Positions 48,956 to 58,220 of a DNA stretch of 64,000 bases are shown here, piece after piece. Each line of letters begins with the position of its first letter. Within the stretch, counting starts at the first letter, position 1. The notes under the pieces were generated by a model. It worked only from the letters and a program-made list of their open reading frames with translations. It was not told the DNA's origin and did not search any database. Made by a program: the position numbers and the translations under genes. The stretch is from an uncultured Gammaproteobacteria bacterium (GTDB lineage: Bacteria > Patescibacteriota > Patescibacteriia > CAYZDG01), in the NCBI GenBank assembly GCA_964536515.1, contig CAZHXI010000004.1, positions 5,038-69,037 on the forward strand, given 5' to 3'.

Positions 48956-50386
48956 GTGGGAGATAGCATGAAGATCAAGCAATGCATAGTTCTGGCGCTC
49001 GCGCTGCTCACGTTGCTCTCCGCCGCAATTGCCTCGCCGCCGATGCCCCAAGACCAGGGCATCATTCCCAAGGTACAAACCTCCGGGACGGTGAGCCAGA
49101 AACTCTTCTTCAGCCTCACCGCCGCCACCGGCATCCCTTGGGATTTCGGTTCGGTGTGGGTAACTACGGTAACGCCTACCGACAGCTCGTCGGTAGCCAA
49201 TGCCCTGCAGGCTCACTCGGCTGGCACCTCGGTGCCCGCCCTGTACCCGGTGGTGAGGGATCGCTCTGGGCCAGCTGAACGCTGGTACTGGGGTACCTAC
49301 AATCAGCAGGGCAAGCTGGTAGCTACAGGTGGCATGGTGGGTTTTAGCCCGCCGCCGGCAACAGCTAACCAGCTGCTGCCGCCCGCCGGTACTCCGGCCT
49401 ACGCTGCGCTGCAGCAGGAGGTAGAGAACTACTGGCGCGACGACGACCCGACCATGGAGATAACCGGGATGGTTGAGTGGAGTAGAGTATTCCTCCAGCC
49501 ATCGGATATGCCCGGCTTCACCTACCAGGGTGAGCCCATGACGCCGGAGCAGGTGATGATGTACTACGACAGCATGGCCTTCGGGTCGTCCCCTCCAGAG
49601 GAGACTCCTGGCGGGAGAGTTCCGTACGAGACGGCGAAGCAGTACTACGACAGGTCGTTCAATTTTGGCATCGACCTGGTCCGTGGGTACGGTACAGATC
49701 GTCCGGGCATCATCAATCATGTATCGGGCGGCACCATTGTGCCGATTATTCTGCCGTACACCTTTGCCCAGCTGACCACCGAGCACAGCTTCGCCGAGTT
49801 CTGGCAGAGCTTGGTACCGGCGGCGCTGGCAGAGGCTGGGCTGACCATGCCTGACCCAGACCCCTACCACCTGGTTGAGTTCGTATGGTTGGTTCCGTAC
49901 GAGTGGACATACCAAACCTCACTGTGGGCAATGGCCTACCTCAATACGGGACAGTTCCAAACGAACGCCTACGGTTACGGCGACGTGGCTGGGTACGGGC
50001 CGATTGTTCACGAAATGGCCCACGCCTGCAACTCATTCCGCGACCAGTACTACCCGCATAACTACGGCTTCATTGGTCCGTGGGGGGTAATGGCCAACGG
50101 TAGCTGGAACCACGAGGGCTGGCACGTGCCGGCCCACCTCATCCCCGACGTGTTCAGCTACTGGCCCGGCTCTACCGCCGACGACCTCTCGGACGTCGGG
50201 CTGTACACGCTCGGCCACCGTGGCTACATTCGTTTCTTGAACCCATTCTGCGCCAATGATTCGACGTTCGCAGAGTGGATGTGCCTGGCGGCGCTGAACA
50301 TTGACCGCGAGGGTATGCAGCAGCCCGGCACAAAGTTCCTGGCAATTCAGACGAACGCGTACGAGGAGTGTGGAGAGTATGGCTGA
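48956..50386 (+). CDS. Secreted zinc metallopeptidase, M6 (immune inhibitor A)-like catalytic region; ends at an in-frame TGA
   Basis: Signal peptide. HEMAH zinc motif followed by GPWGVMANGSW, resembling the M6 G.WS.M.SGSW segment. Confidence 0.6.
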   Translation: MGDSMKIKQCIVLALALLTLLSAAIASPPMPQDQGIIPKVQTSGTVSQKLFFSLTAATGIPWDFGSVWVTTVTPTDSSSVANALQAHSAGTSVPALYPVVRDRSGPAERWYWGTYNQQGKLVATGGMVGFSPPPATANQLLPPAGTPAYAALQQEVENYWRDDDPTMEITGMVEWSRVFLQPSDMPGFTYQGEPMTPEQVMMYYDSMAFGSSPPEETPGGRVPYETAKQYYDRSFNFGIDLVRGYGTDRPGIINHVSGGTIVPIILPYTFAQLTTEHSFAEFWQSLVPAALAEAGLTMPDPDPYHLVEFVWLVPYEWTYQTSLWAMAYLNTGQFQTNAYGYGDVAGYGPIVHEMAHACNSFRDQYYPHNYGFIGPWGVMANGSWNHEGWHVPAHLIPDVFSYWPGSTADDLSDVGLYTLGHRGYIRFLNPFCANDSTFAEWMCLAALNIDREGMQQPGTKFLAIQTNAYEECGEYG

Positions 50387-50443
50387 CACCCAGCTGTAGG
50401 TCGTACCATAATCTGCGCCGACGGCAATCCGTACGGCTGGACA

Positions 50444-52474
50444 GTGGACGGCGACCCGTTCCCCCAGGTTGGGGTGGACGCAACCAGCTTCGACATGTGG
50501 GTTCAGTCCTACGGCATCCAGTCGCCTATTCCGATCGGCTGGCAAGCTCAGGGCATTGTATCGACCGCAGACTCAGTCAGCTTCCAGCTAGCGTACGAGC
50601 CGACGTCGCCGTACCTGGCACTGGAGGCCATCAATAACCAAGAGTCTCTGGTTCCCGGTGGAACTGTAGACCTTTCGATTGCCGTGGTGAACTACGGTTC
50701 TACCACGGTCGGCGGAACCGTAACGGTGTTCCCCGAAGCCTTCCTGCCCAGCTTCCAGCTGCAGGTTCCAGCGGGCGTGCAGCCGCTCGATACGGTCGAG
50801 CTTCAGCCCGTGGGCAACGTGAACATTCCCGACGACTTCGCCATGGTCGGAGCACGGGTGCCCATTGGGGTGGCCTTCGAAGCTAACTACTGGGAGGACA
50901 CTGTTCAGGTGTACCTTCCCGAAGCTGGCGGAGCGGCGCTGCCGCTGTGCACAGGACCAATCATCGGCAACTCTGCCGAAGACCTTACGGTGTTAGCTAC
51001 GGCTCCGAGCGTAGCTACGTGCCTAAGGTTCAGGCAGCAAATTTGGAACCGACCAGTGCTGGGTGCCATCGTGGGCATCGCCATTAGCCCCGGGGCCCAG
51101 TACGTGGGCGTGGCTACCGATGAGAACGGCACGGGCCACGTCTACTTCTTGAATGCCTCGAACGGAACGGTTCGGCACCACTGGTCATTCGTCGGTCAGC
51201 GCCTAGCCGAGCCAGGGGTGGCATTCGCCTACGGCTACATTACCTTCGTCGTGGGAGACCAGCTGTACCGGTTCACCCCCGACGGCATTCCGTTCGATGA
51301 TGCAAGTCGTGAAACCCTGGGCCTACCCATGGCTCCCACCGGCTTCGCCTGCGGCGCCGATAGCACCTACTGCATTGTCGGCGGCGATACGTCTACGGCA
51401 TCGGGCTTCGTTATCGTCCTGGATTTCTGGGGCGACCGAGTATTTCCGGTTCCGGGAGACCTCATTCCCGTCGACGAGCTCGCCTACCTTCCTCCGGTCG
51501 GCGGCGATATGAACGGCGATGGCATTCGCACCGAGTACGTGGTTCCGTTCATCGGTGATCCCTACGGCGGCTACGCCATGGTGGCGTACAGCGTGTACTG
51601 GGATTCAATTGGGGTCGGCACGTGGCTGTTCACCAACTGGGGTGACAACCGTAATCGGCAGCCGGTGCCCGGTGCGTTCGGCTGGACCAGAGATCTGCTC
51701 GACGATGAATCGGTCGGCGCCGCTATAATGGTGGGGCAAGCTGGTTCGGCGCTGCAGCGGAGCTCGCACACCATTGCCGACGGCTCTGTTGCTCCGGCAA
51801 TTATCGTGGCCGGAGAGAGCAACTGGTACGCTGCCAGCGTAGACCTAACGGGACTGGGGCGTAGCGCGGTTACCCTGGTTACACCGGGTCACGGCGACAT
51901 TCGTATGTATGATCCAGATGCTACCACGCTGGTTCCGGGAGGGTCTGCAGTCGTTACCCCCGGCGGCGAACTCTTCAGTGGGCCGCCGCTGGTAGTACGG
52001 GCGGCAGACTGGCTATCGGAGATTTGGATTCCGACCCAGGATATTGGCGGCTGGCGTTACCAGCCGTACAGAACCCAGGGGTTCGGCTCCGATTGGTTCG
52101 GCCTCAACGGCGACGGGCAGAACACCCGCTGCCACGGCTTCCGCGGCCAGCTGGGGGTGCCCGGCGCCCCAGACTCCGGCATCGTTCTGACGGTAACGTA
52201 CTCATCCAACCGGAACGAGCTGCTGCTGGCCTGGTCTGCCAACTTCCCCAGCGGAGTATACGGGTACCACGTGTACGACGCCCCCGACCCGGATACCCCG
52301 GAAGATGCGTGGACGGTTATTCGAACCATTGGCACCACGTCTAGCTACGCATGGGTAACGATTCCGCTGCCCGCGGCAGCGAAGCGTTTCTATAATGTCA
52401 GGGCAATACTACCTGACCCTGCAGATCCCGAAGCCCCAGACGGCTCCACCTACTGGGGCCAGCACGAGCAGTAA
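50444..52474 (+). CDS. C-terminal beta-sandwich/FN3-like domains in the same frame as 48956..50386; probable continuation of the metallopeptidase
   Basis: Same reading frame, separated from the upstream ORF only by TGA at 50384-50386. No signal peptide of its own. Confidence 0.55.
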   Translation: MDGDPFPQVGVDATSFDMWVQSYGIQSPIPIGWQAQGIVSTADSVSFQLAYEPTSPYLALEAINNQESLVPGGTVDLSIAVVNYGSTTVGGTVTVFPEAFLPSFQLQVPAGVQPLDTVELQPVGNVNIPDDFAMVGARVPIGVAFEANYWEDTVQVYLPEAGGAALPLCTGPIIGNSAEDLTVLATAPSVATCLRFRQQIWNRPVLGAIVGIAISPGAQYVGVATDENGTGHVYFLNASNGTVRHHWSFVGQRLAEPGVAFAYGYITFVVGDQLYRFTPDGIPFDDASRETLGLPMAPTGFACGADSTYCIVGGDTSTASGFVIVLDFWGDRVFPVPGDLIPVDELAYLPPVGGDMNGDGIRTEYVVPFIGDPYGGYAMVAYSVYWDSIGVGTWLFTNWGDNRNRQPVPGAFGWTRDLLDDESVGAAIMVGQAGSALQRSSHTIADGSVAPAIIVAGESNWYAASVDLTGLGRSAVTLVTPGHGDIRMYDPDATTLVPGGSAVVTPGGELFSGPPLVVRAADWLSEIWIPTQDIGGWRYQPYRTQGFGSDWFGLNGDGQNTRCHGFRGQLGVPGAPDSGIVLTVTYSSNRNELLLAWSANFPSGVYGYHVYDAPDPDTPEDAWTVIRTIGTTSSYAWVTIPLPAAAKRFYNVRAILPDPADPEAPDGSTYWGQHEQ

Positions 52475-52565
52475 CGTTCCTTCAACTAAACCCAGCCCCG
52501 CTCGAACGAGCGGGGCTGTTCTTTTGCTTGCCGTAAGCCCGCTCGTCCGCTAGTGTCTAGGCTCT

Positions 52566-53888
52566 ATGGGAATATTCTCTAGGCACGAGAAGCCAGCTGA
52601 CCCCGCTGCAGACGTAGCGGCGGGCCCGGCCACGCCCCCCGGCCACGTGGCCGTTACGTTCGACGTGCCGTGGTCGGCGATCGAGGCTAAGCTTCCAGCC
52701 GCCGCCGCGAAGCTCTCCAAGCAGCAGCCGCTCCAGGGTTTCCGCGAGGGCAAGGTTCCCGTCGATGTGGCCAGGCAGCGCTACGGCGACCAGCTGCTGA
52801 TGGCCGAGGCGTACGACCTGGCCGTACCCGGCATGTACGCCGCGGAGATTGCTAGCGCAGGCCACGAGACCGTGGGCCAGCCCGCCATGTCTTTCACGCC
52901 CGACCCGGCCTGGGGGGTAGACGTCTCGGTTACCGCTACCGCCCCCGCGCTGCCGCCGGTGACCCTGCCCGACTGGAGCGCCGTTAAGGTCGATGCCGTC
53001 CGCCGAGAGGTGTCCGACGCCGACGTCGCCAAGGTGGTAGACCAAATTCGGGACCGCTTCGCGACCGAGGAGCCCGCAGACCGTGCGGCAGCGAGCGGCG
53101 ACCTGGTGGAGCTAGACTACGAGCTGCTGGTGGACGGCGTGGCGGTGGAGGACGGCAGCGGCAAGTCTCACCGTGCGGTGCTGGGGCGTGGGCACCTGCT
53201 GCCCGAGGTTGAGGCTGCGGTGGTCGGCATGGCGCCGGGCGAGGAGAAGCACCAGGCAATCACCTTCGGGCCCGAGCACCAGCTGCGCACCGTCGCCGGC
53301 AAGACGGCAGACTGCCGCATCGTGCTGAAGCAGGTTTTCGGCCGTACGCTCCCCGAGCTCACGGACGAGCTGGCGGCTAAGGTCGGTCCGTTCAAGACGG
53401 CAGATGAGTTCACGGCCCGGGTCCGTGCCGACCTGGAGGAGGAGGCGGCGGCAGAGTCGCTGCGTGAGACCGAGAAGGCGGCGCTGCAGGCAGCCGTAGC
53501 GGCGGCGAAATTTGGACCGCTGCCGGAGATACTGGTGAACGACGAGGTCGGCAGGCTCATCCACGAGCTGCAGCACAGCATCGAGCGCTACGGCGTGAAG
53601 TTCGACGGCTACCTGGCGCACATCAAGAAGAGCATGCAGGAGCTGCGCCTGGAGTTTGTCGTCCCGGCGACCGAGCGGCTGAAGGTAATACTGCTGCTAC
53701 GCGCCGTCGTCCGCGAGCGGTCGTTGCTCCCGACCGACGCCGAGGTTGACGCCGAGATTGCGAGGCTAAAGCAGCGGTCGCAGGACTCCGCCCAGCTGGA
53801 TGACCCCCGGGTGCGGAGCCAGGTACGCGTCGACCTGGCACAGCGGGCCGCGGTGGCGTGGGTGGTCCACGCCGTCACCCAGGCGTAG
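52566..53888 (+). CDS. tig: Trigger factor (ribosome-associated chaperone/PPIase)
   Basis: N-terminal ribosome-binding signature GFREGKVP, a central FKBP-like domain, and a C-terminal arm. Confidence 0.9.
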   Translation: MGIFSRHEKPADPAADVAAGPATPPGHVAVTFDVPWSAIEAKLPAAAAKLSKQQPLQGFREGKVPVDVARQRYGDQLLMAEAYDLAVPGMYAAEIASAGHETVGQPAMSFTPDPAWGVDVSVTATAPALPPVTLPDWSAVKVDAVRREVSDADVAKVVDQIRDRFATEEPADRAAASGDLVELDYELLVDGVAVEDGSGKSHRAVLGRGHLLPEVEAAVVGMAPGEEKHQAITFGPEHQLRTVAGKTADCRIVLKQVFGRTLPELTDELAAKVGPFKTADEFTARVRADLEEEAAAESLRETEKAALQAAVAAAKFGPLPEILVNDEVGRLIHELQHSIERYGVKFDGYLAHIKKSMQELRLEFVVPATERLKVILLLRAVVRERSLLPTDAEVDAEIARLKQRSQDSAQLDDPRVRSQVRVDLAQRAAVAWVVHAVTQA

Positions 53889-53910
53889 AGACGCGCTGCA
53901 GCGCGTCTCT
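53887..53910. repeat. Palindrome AGAGACGCGCTG-CAGCGCGTCTCT (family copy 3) overlapping the tig TAG stop
   Basis: Shares the (T)AGAGACG...CGTCTCT arms with copies 1 and 2. Confidence 0.65.
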
Positions 53911-53920
53911 GCCACGCAGG

Positions 53921-53926
53921 GTATAA
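53921..53926 (+). promoter_or_regulatory. Consensus -10 hexamer TATAAT, 7 nt upstream of the nfo ATG (candidate leaderless transcript)
   Basis: Read directly. No convincing -35 and no SD. Confidence 0.35.
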
Positions 53927-53933
53927 TTCGGCC

Positions 53934-54782
53934 ATGCTGTTCGGCGTACACGTATCCGCGGCCAAGAGCCTAGCGCTCGCCCCCGAGCGGGCGGCAGATG
54001 TTGGCGCCGAGGTGTTCCAGTTCTTCTCGCGTAGCCCCCGCGGGGGACCGGCGCCCAAGATTAGCCCGGCCCTGGCGGCGGAGTTCCGCGCGAACTGCAA
54101 GAAGTTCAAGCAGGCCGAGTGCTACATCCACGCGCCGTACTACATCAACTTCGCATCTACGGACGCACGCATAAATCGTGGCTCCATTTCGGTCGTGCGT
54201 GACGAGCTGGAGCGGGGCTCGTTGCTCGGCGTGAAGTACGTCATGACCCACCTCGGCACCAGCAGGGGTCTGCCCCGAGCTAGGGCGCTAGCCATGGCGA
54301 CCGTGAGCCTGAAGAAGGTCGTGCACGGGTACACCGGCACGACCGAATTTCTGCTGGAGATTGCGGCAGGCTCCGGCGACGTCATCGGCAGCAGCTTCGG
54401 GGAGATTGCCAAGCTGCTGCGCGGCATCGGCAGGAAGGATGTGGGGGTCTGCTTCGACACCGCGCACGTCTTCGCCTCGGGCTACGACCTGCGTACGCCG
54501 GCCGCCGTTGCCGCCACGCTGCGGGAGTTCGACCGTACCATTGGCCTGGGCCGCCTCAAGCTCATCCACTGCAACGACAGCAAGGTAGACATGAATTCAA
54601 AGAAGGATCGGCACGAGCACATTGGGCTGGGCAAGATTGGGCTCGGCGGATTCCGTGCTTTGCTGGCCCACCCCAAGCTGCGGAAGATCAACTTCTCGCT
54701 GGAGACGCCGGAGGATGACACCCGGGGCGATGCCCAGAATCTTGCGGTGATGAAGAAGATGCGGAAGCAGGTATGCGGCTAG
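53934..54782 (+). CDS. nfo: Endonuclease IV (AP endonuclease family 2)
   Basis: Aligns with E. coli Nfo: CFDTAHVFASGYDLRTP and HCNDSK. Confidence 0.9.
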   Translation: MLFGVHVSAAKSLALAPERAADVGAEVFQFFSRSPRGGPAPKISPALAAEFRANCKKFKQAECYIHAPYYINFASTDARINRGSISVVRDELERGSLLGVKYVMTHLGTSRGLPRARALAMATVSLKKVVHGYTGTTEFLLEIAAGSGDVIGSSFGEIAKLLRGIGRKDVGVCFDTAHVFASGYDLRTPAAVAATLREFDRTIGLGRLKLIHCNDSKVDMNSKKDRHEHIGLGKIGLGGFRALLAHPKLRKINFSLETPEDDTRGDAQNLAVMKKMRKQVCG

Positions 54783-55270
54783 CTATCATCAGCGATACGC
54801 ACGGCAACGTTGCCTGGCTCGACATGGTGCTGCCCTGGCTGGCTCAGCGTACGCTGGACGGTTTGGTCCACTGCGGGGACGTGCAGGACGTGGGGACGCT
54901 GGAGCACCTGTGCCAGGGCTTCGGCGGGCCGGTGTGGGTCGCGCAAGACCCGGCGGCAGATGATCTAGATGACCTCGTTCGCCACCGCAGCCCCTGGCCA
55001 ACCAACCTGCAGTCAATCCACGAGCGCATCGAGCTACCCGAGGCGGGGCTTGCCGCTGTCCATAGGCCAGACGAGGCGGCGAACCTCGCCGCCACTGGGC
55101 GGTACCGCTACGTCTGCTACGGCCACACCCACATTCCATGGGAGAAGCGGCAGGGAGAAGTGCGCCTGTTCTGCCCCGGCAACCTGTGCGGCGTTCGCGC
55201 ACGGCCGACGTTCGCAACCCTGGATACGGATACGGATGATTTGCAGTTGCACGTGGTGGAAACGTTGTAG
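54773..55270 (+). CDS. YfcE/MJ0936-like metallophosphoesterase
   Basis: DTHGN, GD and GHTH motifs. Overlaps nfo by 10 nt. Confidence 0.75.
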   Translation: MRLAIISDTHGNVAWLDMVLPWLAQRTLDGLVHCGDVQDVGTLEHLCQGFGGPVWVAQDPAADDLDDLVRHRSPWPTNLQSIHERIELPEAGLAAVHRPDEAANLAATGRYRYVCYGHTHIPWEKRQGEVRLFCPGNLCGVRARPTFATLDTDTDDLQLHVVETL

Positions 55271-55272
55271 GT

Positions 55273-55899
55273 ATGCGCGTACCAGTTGACCCCCGGCATC
55301 CGGATCCTGTAGCCATTGCCCGCGCCGTTGAGGTGCTGCAGGCGGACGGCGTCATCGTCTACCCCACCGACACTGTCTACGGCATCGGCTGCCGCATCGG
55401 CTCACCTGCTGGCATTGCGGCCGTGTACCGAGCCAAGGGTAGGCAGCGCCGTAAGCCGGCATCCTTCATCTGCCGCGACCTGCAGCAGATCAGCCACTAC
55501 GCCGTACTCTCCGACGCTGCCTACCGCCTAGCAAAGCAGCTGCTGCCCGGGCCGTACACGCTCGTCCTGCCGGCTAGCCCAGCTTGCCCCAAGCCGATCC
55601 AATCTGCGCACCGCGCCGTAGGCGTCCGCATTCCCGACTGCGCCGTTACCGCCGCTATCGTCCAGGCCCTGGGTGAGCCGCTCATCTCGACCAGCGCCAA
55701 CATTAGCGGAGAAGAGACGCCGGAGGATGCCGCTGCCATAGAGCGTACGTTCGGCCCGAGCGTCGGCTTAGTCCTGGACGCAGGCGTACTCAGCGGGCAG
55801 CCATCTACGGTACTAGATTGCACCGGATCGGAGGCTTCGGTGATTCGGCAGGGTGCCGGGCCGTGGCCGCCCTTGACGGCGCAGCCAGGCGGCGTATAG
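55273..55899 (+). CDS. tsaC: L-threonylcarbamoyladenylate synthase (YrdC/TsaC family)
   Basis: YPTDTVYGIG...KGRQRRKP...SANISGEE signature. Confidence 0.85.
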   Translation: MRVPVDPRHPDPVAIARAVEVLQADGVIVYPTDTVYGIGCRIGSPAGIAAVYRAKGRQRRKPASFICRDLQQISHYAVLSDAAYRLAKQLLPGPYTLVLPASPACPKPIQSAHRAVGVRIPDCAVTAAIVQALGEPLISTSANISGEETPEDAAAIERTFGPSVGLVLDAGVLSGQPSTVLDCTGSEASVIRQGAGPWPPLTAQPGGV

Positions 55900-56007
55900 T
55901 TGAATTATTCTCTTAACATTCCCCACAGATCTTTCGTCCCCAAACGGGACATTCAACATATTGTCGGCAGCCACCTCACGGTGGCTGTCTTCATATATAC
56001 TCCGGCT

Positions 56008-56283
56008 ATGGAATTTACCCAGCTCGCCGTAGTGTGCCGCCCCAACGCTAGGGAGAGTACCGTCGTGGGCTGGGTTGGCAATCGTCTAGCCCTACGGCTA
56101 GCAGCTCCCGCCCGCGAGGGTAGGGCGAATGAGGCTGCAATCGATCTTATCTCTTCTGCGGCGGGCGTCGCTCCGAGCGCGGTAGAAATTACCCACGGGG
56201 TCGGAGGCAGGCTCAAGCTCCTTCGGCTCCCCCTTGCGGGCTTGCAGAGGCTGCAGGCTACAATACCCGGGTATGGCAGCTGA
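56008..56283 (+). CDS. DUF167/YggU family protein
   Basis: Core AREGRANEAAIDLISSAAGVAPSAVEITHGVGGRLKLLRL. The ATG at 56008 follows an AT-rich promoter-like tract. The ORF track's TTG start at 55900 lies in low-GC non-coding-like sequence. Confidence 0.6.
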   Translation: MEFTQLAVVCRPNARESTVVGWVGNRLALRLAAPAREGRANEAAIDLISSAAGVAPSAVEITHGVGGRLKLLRLPLAGLQRLQATIPGYGS

Positions 56284-56536
56284 ACGAATCGAACGGACAG
56301 CCGGTAGCCTGCCGCCGCCCCCCACGCGGCGGGCTGCGGTGCAGGACTGGTACCGCACCATTGGGCTGACCCTGGCCTGGGTGGCGCTGCTGGGGGTAGC
56401 CGTCGGGTTGGCCGCCAGCCTTCTGCTGATGCCCGAGTGGCTGAGCCGGATCTCCCTTACCGCGGCTGGCCTCGCCCTCGCGTTCCACATAGTGCTGTCC
56501 GTAGCCCTGAGCAGGACCCCCCGGCTAGAGGCTTGA
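56273..56536 (+). CDS. Hypothetical small membrane protein (2 TM)
   Basis: The ATG overlaps the DUF167 3' end. Weak support. Confidence 0.3.
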   Translation: MAAERIERTAGSLPPPPTRRAAVQDWYRTIGLTLAWVALLGVAVGLAASLLLMPEWLSRISLTAAGLALAFHIVLSVALSRTPRLEA

Positions 56537-56569
56537 TTGTTCCCGGCTAATTCAGTAAGGTTTCCGCAC

Positions 56570-56643
56570 GCGGGTATCGTATAGCGGCATTATGCCACCT
56601 TGCCATGGTGGAGAGACGGGTTCAATTCCCGTTACCCGCTCCA
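56570..56643 (+). tRNA. tRNA-Gly (anticodon GCC), U73 discriminator, encoded CCA
   Basis: Acceptor GCGGGTA/TACCCGC, anticodon stem CCACC/GGTGG with loop TTGCCAT, T-loop TTCAATT; 74 nt. Confidence 0.75.
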
Positions 56644-56734
56644 GTCTATAGGCGGTCCTATCCCCAGCCCCGGGGCGGCTTGCGCGTGGGGTTAGGGGTG
56701 CCATACTTAATGCCTTAGCCTAAGTGAACCAACT

Positions 56735-58003
56735 ATGATTACCCCAGAGCTACGCCAGTTCGTTGCCCAGGCAATGGCCGCCGGCCAGTCGGCCGATGAT
56801 ATTCGACAGACGCTCCGCAGCCAGGGCTGGGAGTCGCTAGACGTAGAGCAGGCGCTGGCGCAGTCCAGCCAGGCTCCCGTTGCCCCCGCACCCCGGGGCA
56901 GCTTCCCGCGCGTGTTCCAGATGATCGGCGGCGCCTTCAAGCTGTTCCGCAGCCGTGCCCGTGTGCTGCTGACCGTGGCAGCGGTCGCCGGCGTCATGCT
57001 TACCGTCGGCCAGTGGCTGGGCTACGGCAGCCTAGAGGCCAAGAACTCCTTCCGATCGAATGACGAGATGACCTTCCCCGGCGGCATACCGGCAATGGTC
57101 GGCTACGGATTTGCGATGCTGGTGTACACCGTGGCCTGGTTCGCCGGCCTCGTTGCAATCGTGCGTCGCGACGCCGTCTCTCTCCGCCAGGCGGTCGCCG
57201 AGGTGCCACGGAAGTTACTGCCCCTCATCTGGGTTACCATCCTAGCCTCAGCCGTTACCATGGGCGGCTTCCTGCTGCTCATCATCCCTGGGTTGCTCTT
57301 CGCGGTTTGGTTCAGCTTCGCATCGTACGTGTACCTAGCCCAGGGCATCGGCGGGCTCCGCGCCCTCAGCCTGAGCAGGGAGTACGCCCGCGGGGCCTAC
57401 TGGCGCATAGTGTGGGCTTTCTTTGCCTTCGGCATTATCTTCGGCATCGCGTTCGTCATAATTGCCGTTGCCCTCATGGGATTGAGCGTCGTTACCGGGC
57501 CGGTCGGATTCATCTTCAGCTTGCTGTTCGGCATCGTGCTGGCCACCATGGGGCTGCTGTACACCAGCTACACCTACCAAGTTTTCTTGGGCTTGCAGGC
57601 TAGGCGGGGCGAGATCGCCGAGACGCCACGCGCTACGGCGCCAATCGTCGCGGGCTTCATCGGATGCGCAATTCTCGTGGCTCTGGCAATAGGCGGTGCC
57701 CTATCGCCGAAGTCCAACGACGCCAAGGTGGACCTCAGCTCGCTCGGCGGGCAAACGGAGATTGCCAAGATGTTCGAGTTCGCCGCAGTTCGCGCCGGCG
57801 TAGAGGCGTACAGGGAGGACAACGGGTCGTACCCCTCCAAGCTTTCAGATATCGGCAGCGACTACCTCAACGTCACCTCGGTAGACGTCTCCAAGTTTAC
57901 CTACACCAGCACCGGGGCAACGTACCAGCTCTGCACCACCATCGGCGGCCAGCAGAAGTGCGAGGGGCCATCGGGCTCGACGCCCACGGCTCCGGGGCAG
58001 TAG
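56735..58003 (+). CDS. Polytopic membrane protein with a C-terminal pseudopilin-like (GspG-type) motif
   Basis: About 8 TM helices, then EIAKMFEFAAVRAGVEAYREDNGSYPSKLSDIG, which resembles the pilin/pseudopilin core. Confidence 0.5.
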   Translation: MITPELRQFVAQAMAAGQSADDIRQTLRSQGWESLDVEQALAQSSQAPVAPAPRGSFPRVFQMIGGAFKLFRSRARVLLTVAAVAGVMLTVGQWLGYGSLEAKNSFRSNDEMTFPGGIPAMVGYGFAMLVYTVAWFAGLVAIVRRDAVSLRQAVAEVPRKLLPLIWVTILASAVTMGGFLLLIIPGLLFAVWFSFASYVYLAQGIGGLRALSLSREYARGAYWRIVWAFFAFGIIFGIAFVIIAVALMGLSVVTGPVGFIFSLLFGIVLATMGLLYTSYTYQVFLGLQARRGEIAETPRATAPIVAGFIGCAILVALAIGGALSPKSNDAKVDLSSLGGQTEIAKMFEFAAVRAGVEAYREDNGSYPSKLSDIGSDYLNVTSVDVSKFTYTSTGATYQLCTTIGGQQKCEGPSGSTPTAPGQ

Positions 58004-58012
58004 TGTAGGCGG

Positions 58013-58098
58013 GCCGGGGTGGTGGAACGGTATACACGGGGGACTTAAAATCCCCTGCCCGCAAGGGCTTGCGAGTTCGAGTCTCGCCCCCGGTACCA
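58013..58098 (+). tRNA. tRNA-Leu (anticodon TAA), long variable arm, encoded CCA
   Basis: Acceptor GCCGGGG/CCCCGGT, anticodon loop CTTAAAA, variable arm TGCCCGCAAGGGCT, T-loop TTCGAGT. Confidence 0.8.
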
Positions 58099-58220
58099 CG
58101 AACCAGTGCGGAGCACGGTTCGCGGTAGTCCCGAACCGAACTCTGTTCTGGTTCGGGGTACCACCCATACGTTTTGACGTCGCCGCGCCGCCGGGGTACG
58201 GTGGCGCTAATTCTTGCAAC

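Noticed and set aside
50384-50386. Selenocysteine insertion at the in-frame TGA of the metalloprotease
   Set aside because: There is no convincing SECIS stem-loop within 40 nt downstream. An extracellular zinc protease is an implausible selenoprotein. A pseudogene or sequencing error is more parsimonious.
58100-58165. Possible small RNA or terminator after tRNA-Leu (CCCGAACC...GGTTCGGG hairpin)
   Set aside because: The stem is followed by GTACCACCCATACG rather than a U-tract, and a second weaker hairpin precedes it. It is probably a tRNA 3' trailer structure. I could not support calling it a discrete feature.
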